In this document: positions 1 to 12,700 of the stretch, piece after piece | Layout: every line of letters starts with the position of its first letter | Position numbering within the stretch: the first letter of the stretch is position 1 | Source: the human T2T-CHM13v2.0 reference genome, Homo sapiens | NCBI RefSeq assembly: GCF_009914755.1 | Contig: NC_060948.1 | Reading direction: 5' to 3' (one strand) | Length of the DNA: 64,000 bases | Position numbers and translations under genes: made by a program | Notes under the pieces: model-generated | Seen by the model: only the letters and a program-made list of their open reading frames with translations | What the model was told of the DNA's origin: nothing | The model's database searches: none

Positions 1-445
1 CGAAAGGAAAGGAATGGATTGGAATGGAATGGAATTCATTGGAATGGAAGGGAATGTAGTGTAATGGACAGGCCTGGAATAAAGTGGAATGCTACGGTCT
101 CGAATGGAATAAAAATGTGTGGAATGGAATGCAATGAAACGGAATCGAATGTCATAGAATGTAATGGAATGCAAAAAAATGGAATCCAAAATCATTGAAT
201 GCAAAGGCTGGGTGTCGAAAGGAATTGACTCCAATGGAATGGAATCGAATGGAATGGAAGTGAATAGAATCGAACTAAATCGAATGGAATGGAATTGATA
301 GGAACGGAATGGAAAGGAATGCAATGATTTGGCATGGAATGGAATCGAATGGCATCGAATGGAATGGAATGGAATGCAATGGAATGGAATGTATTAGAAT
401 GTAATGAACTTTAATGGAATGTACTCGAATGGATTCGACTGGAAT

Positions 446-460
446 GGAATGTTCTGGAAG
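446..460. promoter_or_regulatory. Perfect tripartite heat-shock element HSE-1 (recurs at anchor+375 in most units)
   Basis: gGAAt-gTTCt-gGAAg matches nGAAnnTTCnnGAAn. This is a motif match only; binding is not shown by the sequence. Confidence 0.5.
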
Positions 461-725
461 TGAATGGACTCCAATGGAATGGATTCAAAAGGAATGGAAT
501 CGTACGGAATGGAATCCAATGGAATGGAATTAAATGGAAATGAATCAAATTGAATAGCACGGAATTGAATTGAATGGAATTGAATGCAATGGAATCTAAT
601 GAAACGGAAAGGAAAGGAATGGAATGGAATGGAATGGACTGGAATGGAAAGGAATCGAAACGAATGGAATGGAATCGAACTGAAGAGACTGGAATGGAAT
701 GCACTGGAATGGAAGGGAGTGTAAT

Positions 726-740
726 GGAAGGTTCTCGAAA
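726..740. promoter_or_regulatory. Perfect tripartite heat-shock element HSE-2 (recurs at anchor+655)
   Basis: gGAAg-gTTCt-cGAAa matches nGAAnnTTCnnGAAn. Motif match only. Confidence 0.5.
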
Positions 741-1761
741 AAAATGGAATCGAATGGAATGCAATTGAATGGAACGGAATAGAGTCGAATGCAATTGAAT
801 GGAATGGAATGGACTAGAGTGAAATGGAATCGAACCACAAGGAATGGACAGGAATAGAATGGTCTCGAATTGAATGGAATCGTATGGAATGGCATCAAAC
901 GGAATGGAATGGACAGCCACGGAATGGAATGCACTCGAATGCAATGGAGTCGAAACTAATGGACTGGAATAGAATGGACTCGACTGGTACGGACTCCAAT
1001 GGAATGGAATCGAATGGAAGGGAATCGAACGGAAGGGAATCGAACGGAATGGACTCGAAGGGAAAAGACTGCAATGGAAAGGTCTCGAATGGAATGGAAA
1101 TTAATGGAATGGAATGGAATCGAATGAAATAGAGTCAAAAGGAATGGAATCGAATGGCAAGAAATCGAATGTAATGGAATCGCAAGGAATTGATGTGAAC
1201 GGAACGGAATGGAATGGAATCCAAAGGAATGGAATAGAATGGAATGGAATCGAATGGAAAGGACTCGAATGGAAATCACTCGAATAGAATGCAATTTAAT
1301 AAAATAGGATCAAATGTAATGGAATGGAATGGAAAGGAATTGAAACGAAAGGAATGGAGACAGATGGAATGGAATGGAACAGAGAGCAATGGTATAGAAC
1401 GGAATGGAATAATCTGGAATGGAATTGAATGGAATGGAATAATATGAAATGGAAAGAAATGGAATGGAATGCCCTTGAATTAAATGGACTGCAATGGAAT
1501 GGACTCGAACAGAGTGGAATGGAAAGTGTTGAAATAGAATGGAATTGACTCGTTTGGAATGGTCTAGTATGCAATGCAATCGACTGGCAGGGAATCAAAA
1601 GGAATGTAATCTAATGGATTGTACTGGAATGCAATGGACTCGAATAGATTGGAAACGGAATGCAAAGGAATGGAATGGAATAGTATGGAATGGAATGGAA
1701 AGGAATGGAGTGGAATAGACTAGAGTGGAATGGAATGGACTTGAAAGCAATGGACTGGAAT

Positions 1762-1776
1762 GGAACTTTCTTGAAT
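1762..1776. promoter_or_regulatory. Perfect tripartite heat-shock element HSE-3 (recurs at about anchor+1680-1700)
   Basis: gGAAc-tTTCt-tGAAt matches nGAAnnTTCnnGAAn. Motif match only. Confidence 0.5.
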
Positions 1777-3619
1777 GGACTGGAACCAAACGGAATGGAA
1801 TGCAATGCAATCAAATGGCATGGAATAAGATAGAATGAAAGAGAATCAAATGGAATTGAATCGAATGGAATCGAATGGATTGGAAAGGAATAGAATGGAA
1901 TGGAATGGAATTGACTCAAATGGAATGGACTAGAATGGAATGGATTCGAATGGAAGGCAAAGGAATGGAATCTATTGGAATGGACTGTAATGGAATGGAA
2001 TGGAAGGGATTGGAATGGATTCGAATGGAATGGACTGCAATAGAAAGGATTCGAATGGAATGAAAAAGAATTGAATGGAATAGAACAGAATGGAATCAAA
2101 TCGAATGAAATGGAATGGAATAGAAAGGAATGGAATGAAATGGAATGGAAACGATTCGAATGGAATGCAATCGAATGGAATGGAATCGAACGGAATGGAA
2201 TAAAATGGAAGAAAACTGGCAAGAAATGGAATCGAAATGAATGGAGTGTTATGGAACGGACTCAAAAGGAATTGAATGTAATAGAATGGAGTGGAGTGGA
2301 CTCGAAAATAATGGACTGGAATGGAATGAAATCACATGGAATGGGAACGAATGGAATGGAATGGAATGTAAAGGAATGGAATCGAATGGAAAGGAATCGA
2401 ATGGAAGGGAATGAAACTGAATCAACAGGAATGGAAGGGAATAGAATAGACGGTAATGGAATGGACTCGAATAGAATGGACACGAATGCTCAAATTGAAT
2501 GGACTCGAATGGAATGGAAACGAAAGGAATGTCATCGAATGGAATTGAATCGATTGGAATGAAATCGCATAGAATGGAGTGGAATCAAATGGAATTGAAT
2601 CGAAAGGAAAGGAAGCGAATGGACTGAAATGAAATGGAATGGAATTGAATGGAAAGTAATGCAATGGAATAGAATGGAACGAAATTTCACGGAATGGAAT
2701 CAAACTGAATGGAATCAAATCAATGGAATCAAATCAAATGGAATGGAAAGGAATTGAATGGAGTAGATTGGATTGGATGGGATTGGAATGAAATGTACCG
2801 GAAAGGACTCGAATTTCATGAAACGGAATGGAATGAATTGGAACGGAATGGACTCGAATGGAATGGAATGTCATGGAATGGCATCAAATGGAATGGCATC
2901 AAATGGAATGGAATCGAATGCAATGGAATGCTATGGAATGGAATGGAATGCATTGGAATGGAATGTCCTCTAATGGAATGGATTCGAGTGGAATGGAATC
3001 GAATATAATGGAGTCGAATGAAATGGAATTGAAAGGAATGGGATCGAATACAATGGAATATACTGGAATGTAACGTAATGAACTCGAATGTAATTGACTG
3101 GAATGGAATGTACATGAATGGAATGTAATCGAATGGAAAGTAATCCAATGGAATAGAATCTAATGCAATAAAATCGACTCAGATAGAGTAGAATGTAATG
3201 GAATGGAGTGCAGTGTAATGGAATGGAATGGAATGGAATGCAATGGAATGGAATGGGATGGAATGGTATGGAATGGATAGTAATGGACTGGAGTGAAATG
3301 GACTGGAAAGGAATGGACTCAAATTGAAAGGGCTCGAAAGGAATGGAGTCAAATGGAATGGTCTGGAATGGAATGAACACGAATGTAATACAATCCAATA
3401 GAATGGAGTCGAATGGCATGGAATATAAAGAAATGGAATCGAAGAGAATGGAAACAAATGGAATGGAATTGAATGGAATGGAATTGAATGGAATGGGAAC
3501 GAATGGAGTGAAATTGTATGCAGTAGAAGAGAATAGAATGGAATGCAAGCGAAAGGAAAGGAATGGATTGGAATGGAATGGAATTCATTGGAATGGAAGG
3601 GAATGTAGTGTAATGGACA

Positions 3620-6600
3620 GGCCTGGAATAAAGTGGAATGCTACGGTCTCGAATGGAATAAAAATGTATGGAATGGAATGCAATGAAACGGAATCGAATG
3701 TCATAGAATGTAATGGAATGCAAAAAAATGGAATCCAAAATCATTGACTGGAAAGGCTGGGTGTCGAAAGGAATTGACTCCAATGGAATGGAATCGAATG
3801 GAATGGAAGTGAATAGAATCGAACTAAATCGAATGGAATGGAATTGATAGGAACGGAATGGAAAGGAATGCAATGATTTGGCATGGAATGGAATCGAATG
3901 GCATCGAATGGAATGGAATGGAATGCAATGGAATGGAATGTATTAGAATGTAATGAACTTTAATGGAATGTACTCGAATGGATTCGACTGGAATGGAATG
4001 TTGTGGAAGTGAATGGACTCCAATGGAATGGATTCAAAAGGAATGGAATCGTACGGAATGGAATCTAATGGAATGGAATTAAATGGAAATGAATCAAATT
4101 GAATAGCACGGAATTGAATTGAATGGAATCGAATGCAATGGAATCTAATGAAACGGAAAGGAAAGGAATGGAATGGAATAGAATGGGCTGGAATGGAAAG
4201 GAATCGAAACGAATGGAATGGAATCGAACTGAAGAGACTGGAATGGAATGCACTGGAATGGAAGGGAGTGTAATGGAAGGTTCTCGAAAATAATGGAATC
4301 GAATGGAAAGGAATTGAATGGAACGGAATAGAGTCGAATGGAATTGAATGGAATGGAATGGACTAGAGTGAAATGGAATCGAACCACAAGGAATGGACAG
4401 GAATAGAATGGTCTCGAATTGAATGGAATCGTATGGAATGGCATCAAACGGAATGGAATGGACAGCCACGGAATGGAATGCACTCGAATGCAATGGAGTC
4501 GAAACTAATGGACTGGAATAGAATGGACTCGACTGGTACGGACTCCAATGGAATGGAATCGAATGGAAGGGAATCGAACGGAATGGACTCGAAGGGAAAA
4601 GACTGCAATGGAAAGGTCTCGAATGGAATGGAAATTAATGGAATGGAATGGAATCGAATGAAATGGAGTCAAAAGGAATGGAATCGAATGGCAAGAAATC
4701 GAATGTAATGGAATCGCAAGGAATTGATGTGAACGGAACGGAATGGAATGGAATCCAAAGGAATGGAATAGAATGGAATGGAATCGAATGGAAAGGACTC
4801 GAATGGAAATCACTCGAATAGAATGCAATTTAATAAAATAGGATCAAATGTAATGGAATGGAATGGAAAGGAATCGAAACGAAAGGAATGGAGACAGATG
4901 GAACGGAATGGAACAGAGAGCAATGGCATAGAATGGAATGGAATCATCTGGAATGGAATTGAATGGAATGGAATAATATGAAATGGAATGGAATGGAATG
5001 GAATGGAATGCCCTTGAATTAAATGGACTGGACTCGAACAGAGTGGAATGGAAAGTGTTGAGATAGAATGGAATGGACTCCTTTGGAATGGTCTAGTATG
5101 CAATGCAATCGACTGGCAGGGAATCAAAAGGAATGTAATGGAATGGATAGGACTGGAATGCAATGGACTCGAATAGATTGGAAAAGGAATGCAAAGGAAT
5201 GGAATGGAATAATATGGAATGGAAAGAAATGGAATGGAAAGGATTCGAATGGAATGCAATCGAATGGAATGGAATCGAACGGAATAGAATAAAATGGAAG
5301 AAAACTGCCAAGAAATGGAATCGAAATGAATGGAGTGTTATGGAAGGGACTCAAAAGGAATTGAATGTAATAGAATGGAGTGGAGTGGAGTCGAATATAA
5401 TGGACTGGAATGGAATGAAATCACATGGAATGGGAACGAATGGAATGGAATGGAAAGGAATGGAATCGAATGGAAAGGAATCGAATAGAAGGGAATGAAA
5501 TTGAATCAACAGGAATGGAAGGGAATAGAATAGGCTGTAATGGAATGGACTCAAATAGAATGGACACGAAGGCTCAAATTAAATGGACTCGAATGGAATG
5601 GAAACGAAAGGAATGTCATCGAATGGAATTGAATCGATTGGAATGAAATCGCATAGAATGGAGTGGAATCAAATGGAATTGAATCGAAAGGAAAGGAAGC
5701 GAATGGACTGAAACGAAATGGAATGGAATTGAATGGAAAGTAATGCAATGGAATAGAATGGAACGAAATTTCACGGAATGGAATCAAACTGAATGGAATC
5801 AAATCAATGGAATCAAATCAAATGGAATGGAAAGGAATTGAATGGAGTAGATTGGATTGGATGGGATTGGAATGAAATGTACTGGAAAGGACTCGAATTT
5901 CATGAAACGGAATGGAATGAATTGGAACGGAATGGACTCGAATGGAATGGAATGTCATGGAATGGCATCAAATGGAATGGCATCAAATGGAATGGAATCG
6001 AATGCAATGGAATGCTATGGAATGGAATGGAATGCATTGGAATGGAATGTCCTCTAATGGAATGGATTCGAGTGGAATGGAATCGAATATAATGGAGTCG
6101 AATGAAATGGAATTGAAAGGAATGGGATCGAATACAATGGAATATACTGGAATGTAACGTAATGAACTCGAATGTAATTGACTGGAATGGAATGTACATG
6201 AATGGAATGTAATTGAATGGAAAGTAATCCAATGGAATAGAATCTAATGCAATAAAATCGACTCAGATAGAGTAGAATGTAATGGAATGGAGTGCAGTGC
6301 AATGGAATGGAACGGAATGGAATGCAATGGAATGGAATGGAATGGGATGGAATGGAATGGAATGGAATGGGATGGAATTGTATGGAATGGATAGTAATGG
6401 ACTGGAGTGAAATGGACTGGAAAGGAATGGACTCAAATTGAAAGGGCTCGAAAGGAATGGAGTCAAATGGAATGGTCTGGAATGGAATGAACACGAATGT
6501 AATGCAACCCAATAGAATGGAATCGAATGGCATGGAATATAAAGAAATGGAATCGAAGAGAATGGAAACAAATGGAATGGAATTGAATGGAATGGAATTG

Positions 6601-6733
6601 AATGGAATGGGAACGAATGGAGTGAAATTGTATGCAGTAGAAGAGAATAGAATGGAATGCAAGCGAAAGGAAAGGAATGGATTGGAATGGAATGGAATTC
6701 ATTGGAATGGAAGGGAATGTAGTGTAATGGACA
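3620..6733 (+). repeat. Internally deleted DYZ1 unit (3114 bp)
   Basis: Runs from GGCC 3620 to GGCC 6734. About 440 bp is missing at ~5215-5235 and 10 bp at ~5030 relative to other units. Confidence 0.9.
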
Positions 6734-9700
6734 GGCCTGGAATAAAGTGGAATGATACGGTCTCGAATGGAATAAAAATGTATGGAATGGAATGCAATGA
6801 AACGGAATCGAATGTCATAGAATGTAATGGAATGCAAAAAAATGGAATCCAAAATCATTGACTGGAAAGGCTGGGTGTCGAAAGGAATTGACTCCAATGG
6901 AATGGAATCGAATGGAATGGAAGTGAATAGAATCGAACTAAATCGAATGGAGTGGAATTGATAGGAACGGAATGGAAAGGAATGCAATGATTTGGCATGG
7001 AATGGAATCGAATGGCATCGAATGGAATGGAATGGAATGCAATGGAATGGAATGTATTAGAATGGAATGAACTTTAATGGAATGTACTCGAATGGATTCG
7101 ACTGGAATGGAATGTTCTGGAAGTAAATGGACTCCAATGGAATGGATTCAAAAGGAATGGAATCGTACGGAATGGAATCTAATGGAATGGAATTAAATGG
7201 AAATGAATCAAATTGAATAGCACGGAATTGAATTGAATGGAATGGAATGCAATGGAATCTAATGAAACGGAAAGGAAAGGAATGGAATGGAATGGAATGG
7301 GCTGGAATGGAAAGGAATCGAAACGAATGGAATGGAATCGAACTGAAGAGACTGGAATGGAATGCACTGGAATGGAAGGGAGTGTAATGGAAGGTTCTCG
7401 AAAAAAATGGAATCGAATGGAATGCAATTGAATGGAACGGAATAGAGTCGAATGCAATTGAATGGAATGGAATGGACTAGAGTGAAATGGAATCGAACCA
7501 CAAGGAATGGACAGGAATAGAATGGTCTCGAATTGAATGGAATAGTATGGAATGGCATCAAACGGAATGGAATGGACAGCCACGGAATGGAATGCACTCG
7601 AATGCAATGGAGTCGAAACTAATGGACTGGAATAGAATGGACTCGACTGGTACGGACTCCAGTGGAATGGAATCGAATGGAAGGGAATCGAACGGAATGG
7701 ACTCGAAGGGAAAAGACTGCAATGGAAAGGTCTCGAATGGAATGGAAATTAATGGAATGGAATGGAATCGAATGAAATGGAGTCAAAAGGAATGGAATCG
7801 AATAGCAAGAAATCGAATGTAAAGGAATCGCAAGGAATTGATGTGAACGGAACGGAATGGAATGGAATCCAAAGGAATGGAATAGAATGGAATGGAATCG
7901 AATGCAAAGGACTCGAATGGAAATCACTCGAATAGAATGCAATTTAATAAAATAGGATCAAATATAATGGAATGGAATGGAAAGGAATCGAAACGAAAGG
8001 AATGGAGACAGATGGAATGGAATGGAACAGAGAGCAATGGTATAGAATGGAATGGAATCATCTAGAATGTAATTGAATGGAATGGAATAATATGAAATGG
8101 AATGGAATGGAATGGAATGCCCTTGAATTAAATGGACTGGAATGGAATGGACTCGAACAGAGTGGAATGGAAAGTGTTGAGATAGAATGGAATGGACTCC
8201 TTTGGAATGGTGTAGTATGCAATGCAATCGACTGACAGGGAATCAAAAGGAATGTAATCGAATGGATTGGACTGGAATGCAATGGACTCGAATAGATTGG
8301 AAACGGAATGCAAAGGAATGGAATGGAATAGTATGGAATGGAATGGAAAGGAATGGAGTGGAATAGACTAGAGTGGAATGGAATGGACTCGAAAGCAATG
8401 GACTGGAATGGAACTTTCTTGAATGGACTGGAACCAAACGGAATGGAATGCAATGCAATCAAATGGCATGGAATAAGATAGAATGAAAGAGAATCAAATG
8501 GAATTGAATGGAATGGAATCGAATGGATTGGAAAGGAATAGAATGGAATGGAATGGAATTGACTCAAATGGAATGGACTAGAATGGAATGGATTCGAATG
8601 GAAGGCAAAGGAATGGAATCTATTGGAATGGACTGTAATGGAATGCAATGGAAGGGATTGGAATGGACTCGAATGGAATGGACTGCAATAGAAAGGATTC
8701 GAATGGAATGAAAAAGAATTGAATGGAATAGAACAGAATGGAATCAAATCGAATGAAATGGAATGGAATAGAAAGGAATGGAATGAAATGGAATGGAAAG
8801 GATTCGAATGGAATGCAATCGAATGGAATGGAATCGAACGGAATGGAATAAAATGGAAGAAAACTGGCAAGAAATGGAATCGAAATGAATGGAGTGTTAT
8901 GGAACGGACTCAAAAGGAATTGAATGTAATAGAATGGAGTGGAGTGGACTCGAATATAATGGACTGGAATGGAATGAAATCACATGGAAAGGGAAAGAAT
9001 GGAATGGAATGGAAAGGAATGGAATTGAATGGAAAGCAATCGAACGGAAGGGAATGAAATTGAATCAACAGGAATGGAAGGGAATAGAATAGACGGTAAT
9101 GGAATGGACTCTAATAGAATGGACACGAATGCTCAAATTGATTGGACTCGAATGGAATGGATACGAAAGGAATGTCATCGAATGGAATTGAATCGATTGG
9201 AATGAAATTGCATAGAATGGAGTGGAATCAAATGGAATTGAATCGAAAGGAAAGGAAGCGAATGGACTGAAATGAAATGGAATGGAATTGAATGGAAAGT
9301 AATGCAATGGAATAGAATGGAACGAAATTTCACGGAATGGAATCAAACTGAATGGAATCAAATCAATGGAATCAAATCAAATGGAATGGAAAGGAATTGA
9401 ATGGAGTAGATGGGATTGGATGAGATTGGAATGAAATGTACTGGAAAGGACTCGAATTTCATGAAACGGAATGGAATGAATTGGAACGGAATGGACACGA
9501 ATGGAATGGAATGTCATGGAATGGCATCAAATGGAATGGCATCAAATGGAATGGAATCGAATGCAATGGAATGCTATGGAATGGAATGGAATGCATTGGA
9601 ATGGAATGTCCTCTAATGGAATGGATTCGAGTGGAATGGAATCGAATATAATGGAGTCGAATTAAATGGAATTGAAAGGAATGGGACCGAATACAATGGA

Positions 9701-12700
9701 ATATACTGGAATGTAATGTAATGAACTCGAATGTAATTGACTGGAATGGAATGTACATGAATGGAATGTAATCGAATGGAAAGTAATCCAATGGAATAGA
9801 ATCTAATGCAATAAAATCGACTCAAATAGAGTAGAATGTAATGGAATGGAGTGCAGTGCAATGGAATGGAATGGAATGGAATGCAATGGAATGGAATGGA
9901 ATGGAATGGAATGGGATGGAATGGGATGGAATGGATAGTAATGGACTGGAGTGAAATGGACTGGAAAGGAATGGACTCAAATGGAAAGGGCTCGAAAGGA
10001 ATGGAGACAAATGGAATGGAATGGAACAGAGAGCAATGGTATAGAATGGAATGGAATCATCTGGAATGGAATTGAATGGAATGGAATAATATGAAATGGA
10101 ATGGAATGGAATGGAATGGAATGCCCTTGAATTAAATGGACTGGAATGGAATGGACTCGAACAGAGTGGAATGGAAAGTGTTGAGATAGAATGGAATGGA
10201 CTCTTTTAGAATGGTCTAGTATGCAATGCAATCGACTGGCAGGGAATCAAAGGAATGTAATCGAATGGATTGGACTGGAATGCAATGGACTCGAATAGAT
10301 TGGAAACTGAATGCAAAGGAATGCAATGGAATAGTATGGAATGGAATGGAAAGGAATGGAGTGGAATAGACTAGAGTGGAATGGAATGGCCTGGAAAGCA
10401 ATGGACTGGAATGGAACTTTCTTGAATGGACTGGAATCAAACGGAATGGAATGCAATGCAATCAAATGGCATGGAATAAAATAGAATGAAAGAGAATCAA
10501 ATGGAATTGCATCGAATGGAATCGAATGGATTGGAAAGGAATAGAATGGAATGGAATGGAATTGACTCAAATGGAATGGACTAGAATGGAATGGATTCGA
10601 ATGGAAGGCAAAGGAATGGAATCTATTGGAATGGACAGTAATGGAATGGAATGGAAGGGATTGGAATGGACTCGAATGGAATGGACTGCAATAGAAAGGA
10701 TTCGAATGGAATGAAAAAGAATTGAATGGAATAGAACAGAATGGAATCAAATCGAATGAAATGGAATGGAATAGAAAGGAATGGAATGAAATGGAATGGA
10801 AAGGATTCGAATGGAATGCAATCGAATGGAATGGAATCGAACGGAATGGAATAAAATGGAAGAAAACTGGCAAGAAATGGAATCGAAATGAATGGAGTGT
10901 TATGGAACGGACTCAAAAGGAATTGAATGTAATAGAATGGAGTGGAGTGGACTCGAATATAATGGACTGGAATGGAATGAAATCACATGGAATGGGAACG
11001 AATGGAATGGAATGGAAAGGAATGGAATCGAATGGAAAGGAATCGAATGGAAGGGAATGAAATTGAATCAACAGGAATGGAAGGGAATAGAATAGACGGT
11101 AATGGAATGGACTCGAATAGAATGGACACGAATGCTCAAATTAAATGGACTCGAATGGAATGGAAACGAAAAGAATGTCATCGAATGGAATTGAATCGAT
11201 TGGAATGAAATTGCATAGAATGGAGTGGAATCAAATGGAATTGAATCGAAAGGAAAGGAAGCGAATGGACTGAAATGAAATGGAATGGAATTGAATGGAA
11301 AGTAATGCAATGGAATAGAATGGAACGAAATTTCACGGAATGGAATCAAACTGAATGGAATCAAATCAATGGAATCAAATCAAATGGAATGGAAAGGAAT
11401 TGAATGGAGTAGATGGGATTGGATGAGATTGGAATGAAATGTACTGGAAAGGACTCGAATTTCATGAAACGGAATGGAATGAATTGGAACGGAATGGACA
11501 CGAATGGAATGGAATGTCATGGAATGGCATCAAATGGAATGGCATCAAATGGAATGGAATCGAATGCAATGGAATGCTATGGAATGGAATGGAATGCATT
11601 GGAATGGAATGTCCTCTAATGGAATGGATTCGAGTGGAATGGAATCGAATATAATGGAGTCGAATTAAATGGAATTGAAAGGAATGGGACCGAATACAAT
11701 GGAATATACTGGAATGTAATGTAATGAACTCGAATGTAATTGACTGGAATGGAATGTACATGAATGGAATGTAATCGAATGGAAAGTAATCCAATGGAAT
11801 AGAATCTAATGCAATAAAATCGACTCAAATAGAGTAGAATGTAATGGAATGGAGTGCAGTGCAATGGAATGGAATGGAATGGAATGCAATGGAATGGAAT
11901 GGAATGGAATGGAATGGGATGGAATGGGATGGAATGGATAGTAATGGACTGGAGTGAAATGGACTGGAAAGGAATGGACTCAAATGGAAAGGGCTCGAAA
12001 GGAATGGAGACAAATGGAATGGAATGGAACAGAGAGCAATGGTATAGAATGGAATGGAATCATCTGGAATGGAATTGAATGGAATGGAATAATATGAAAT
12101 GGAATGGAATGGAATGGAATGGAATGCCCTTGAATTAAATGGACTGGAATGGAATGGACTCGAACAGAGTGGAATGGAAAGTGTTGAGATAGAATGGAAT
12201 GGACTCTTTTAGAATGGTCTAGTATGCAATGCAATCGACTGGCAGGGAATCAAAGGAATGTAATCGAATGGATTGGACTGGAATGCAATGGACTCGAATA
12301 GATTGGAAACGGAATGCAAAGGAATGGAATGGAATAGTATGGAATGGAATGGAAAGGAATGGAGTGGAATAGACTAGAGTGGAATGGAATGGCCTGGAAA
12401 GCAATGGACTGGAATGGAACTTTCTTGAATGGACTGGAATCAAACGGAATGGAATGCAATGCAATCAAATGGCATGGAATAAAATAGAATGAAAGAGAAT
12501 CAAATGGAATTGAATCGAATGGAATCGAATGGATTGGAAAGGAATAGAATGGAATGGAATGGAATTGACTCAAATGGAATGGACTAGAATGGAATGGATT
12601 CGAATGGAAGGCAAAGGAATGGAATCTATTGGAATGGACAGTAATGGAATGGAATGGAAGGGATTGGAATGGACTCGAATGGAATGGACTGCAATAGAAA

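Larger units (their letters stand above)
71..3619 (+). repeat. Full-length DYZ1 unit (3549 bp) with a private 15-bp tandem duplication
   Basis: Runs from GGCC 71 to GGCC 3620. GGAAGGGAATCGAAC is doubled at 1016-1045, and the unit has many private SNVs. Confidence 0.9.

Noticed and set aside
200-215. G-quadruplex potential near GGCTGGGTG and other GGG runs
   Set aside because: The GGG runs are isolated, with no four closely spaced G3 tracts.
2660-2825. Extra heat-shock elements at CGAAATTTCACGG and GAATTTCATGAAAC
   Set aside because: Each has only two correctly spaced inverted units, so neither is a perfect tripartite element.
78-3175. Several AATAAA hexamers per unit on the + strand (e.g. 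78, 108, 1298, 3167)
   Set aside because: They are easily produced from GGAAT by G>A changes in an A-rich strand. There are no convincing downstream GU-rich elements and no transcript evidence here.
10388-12394. The 2003-bp HaeIII fragment as the classical ~2.1 kb male-specific band
   Set aside because: That band is attributed to DYZ2, a different repeat. The size similarity is coincidental and the fragment occurs only once here.
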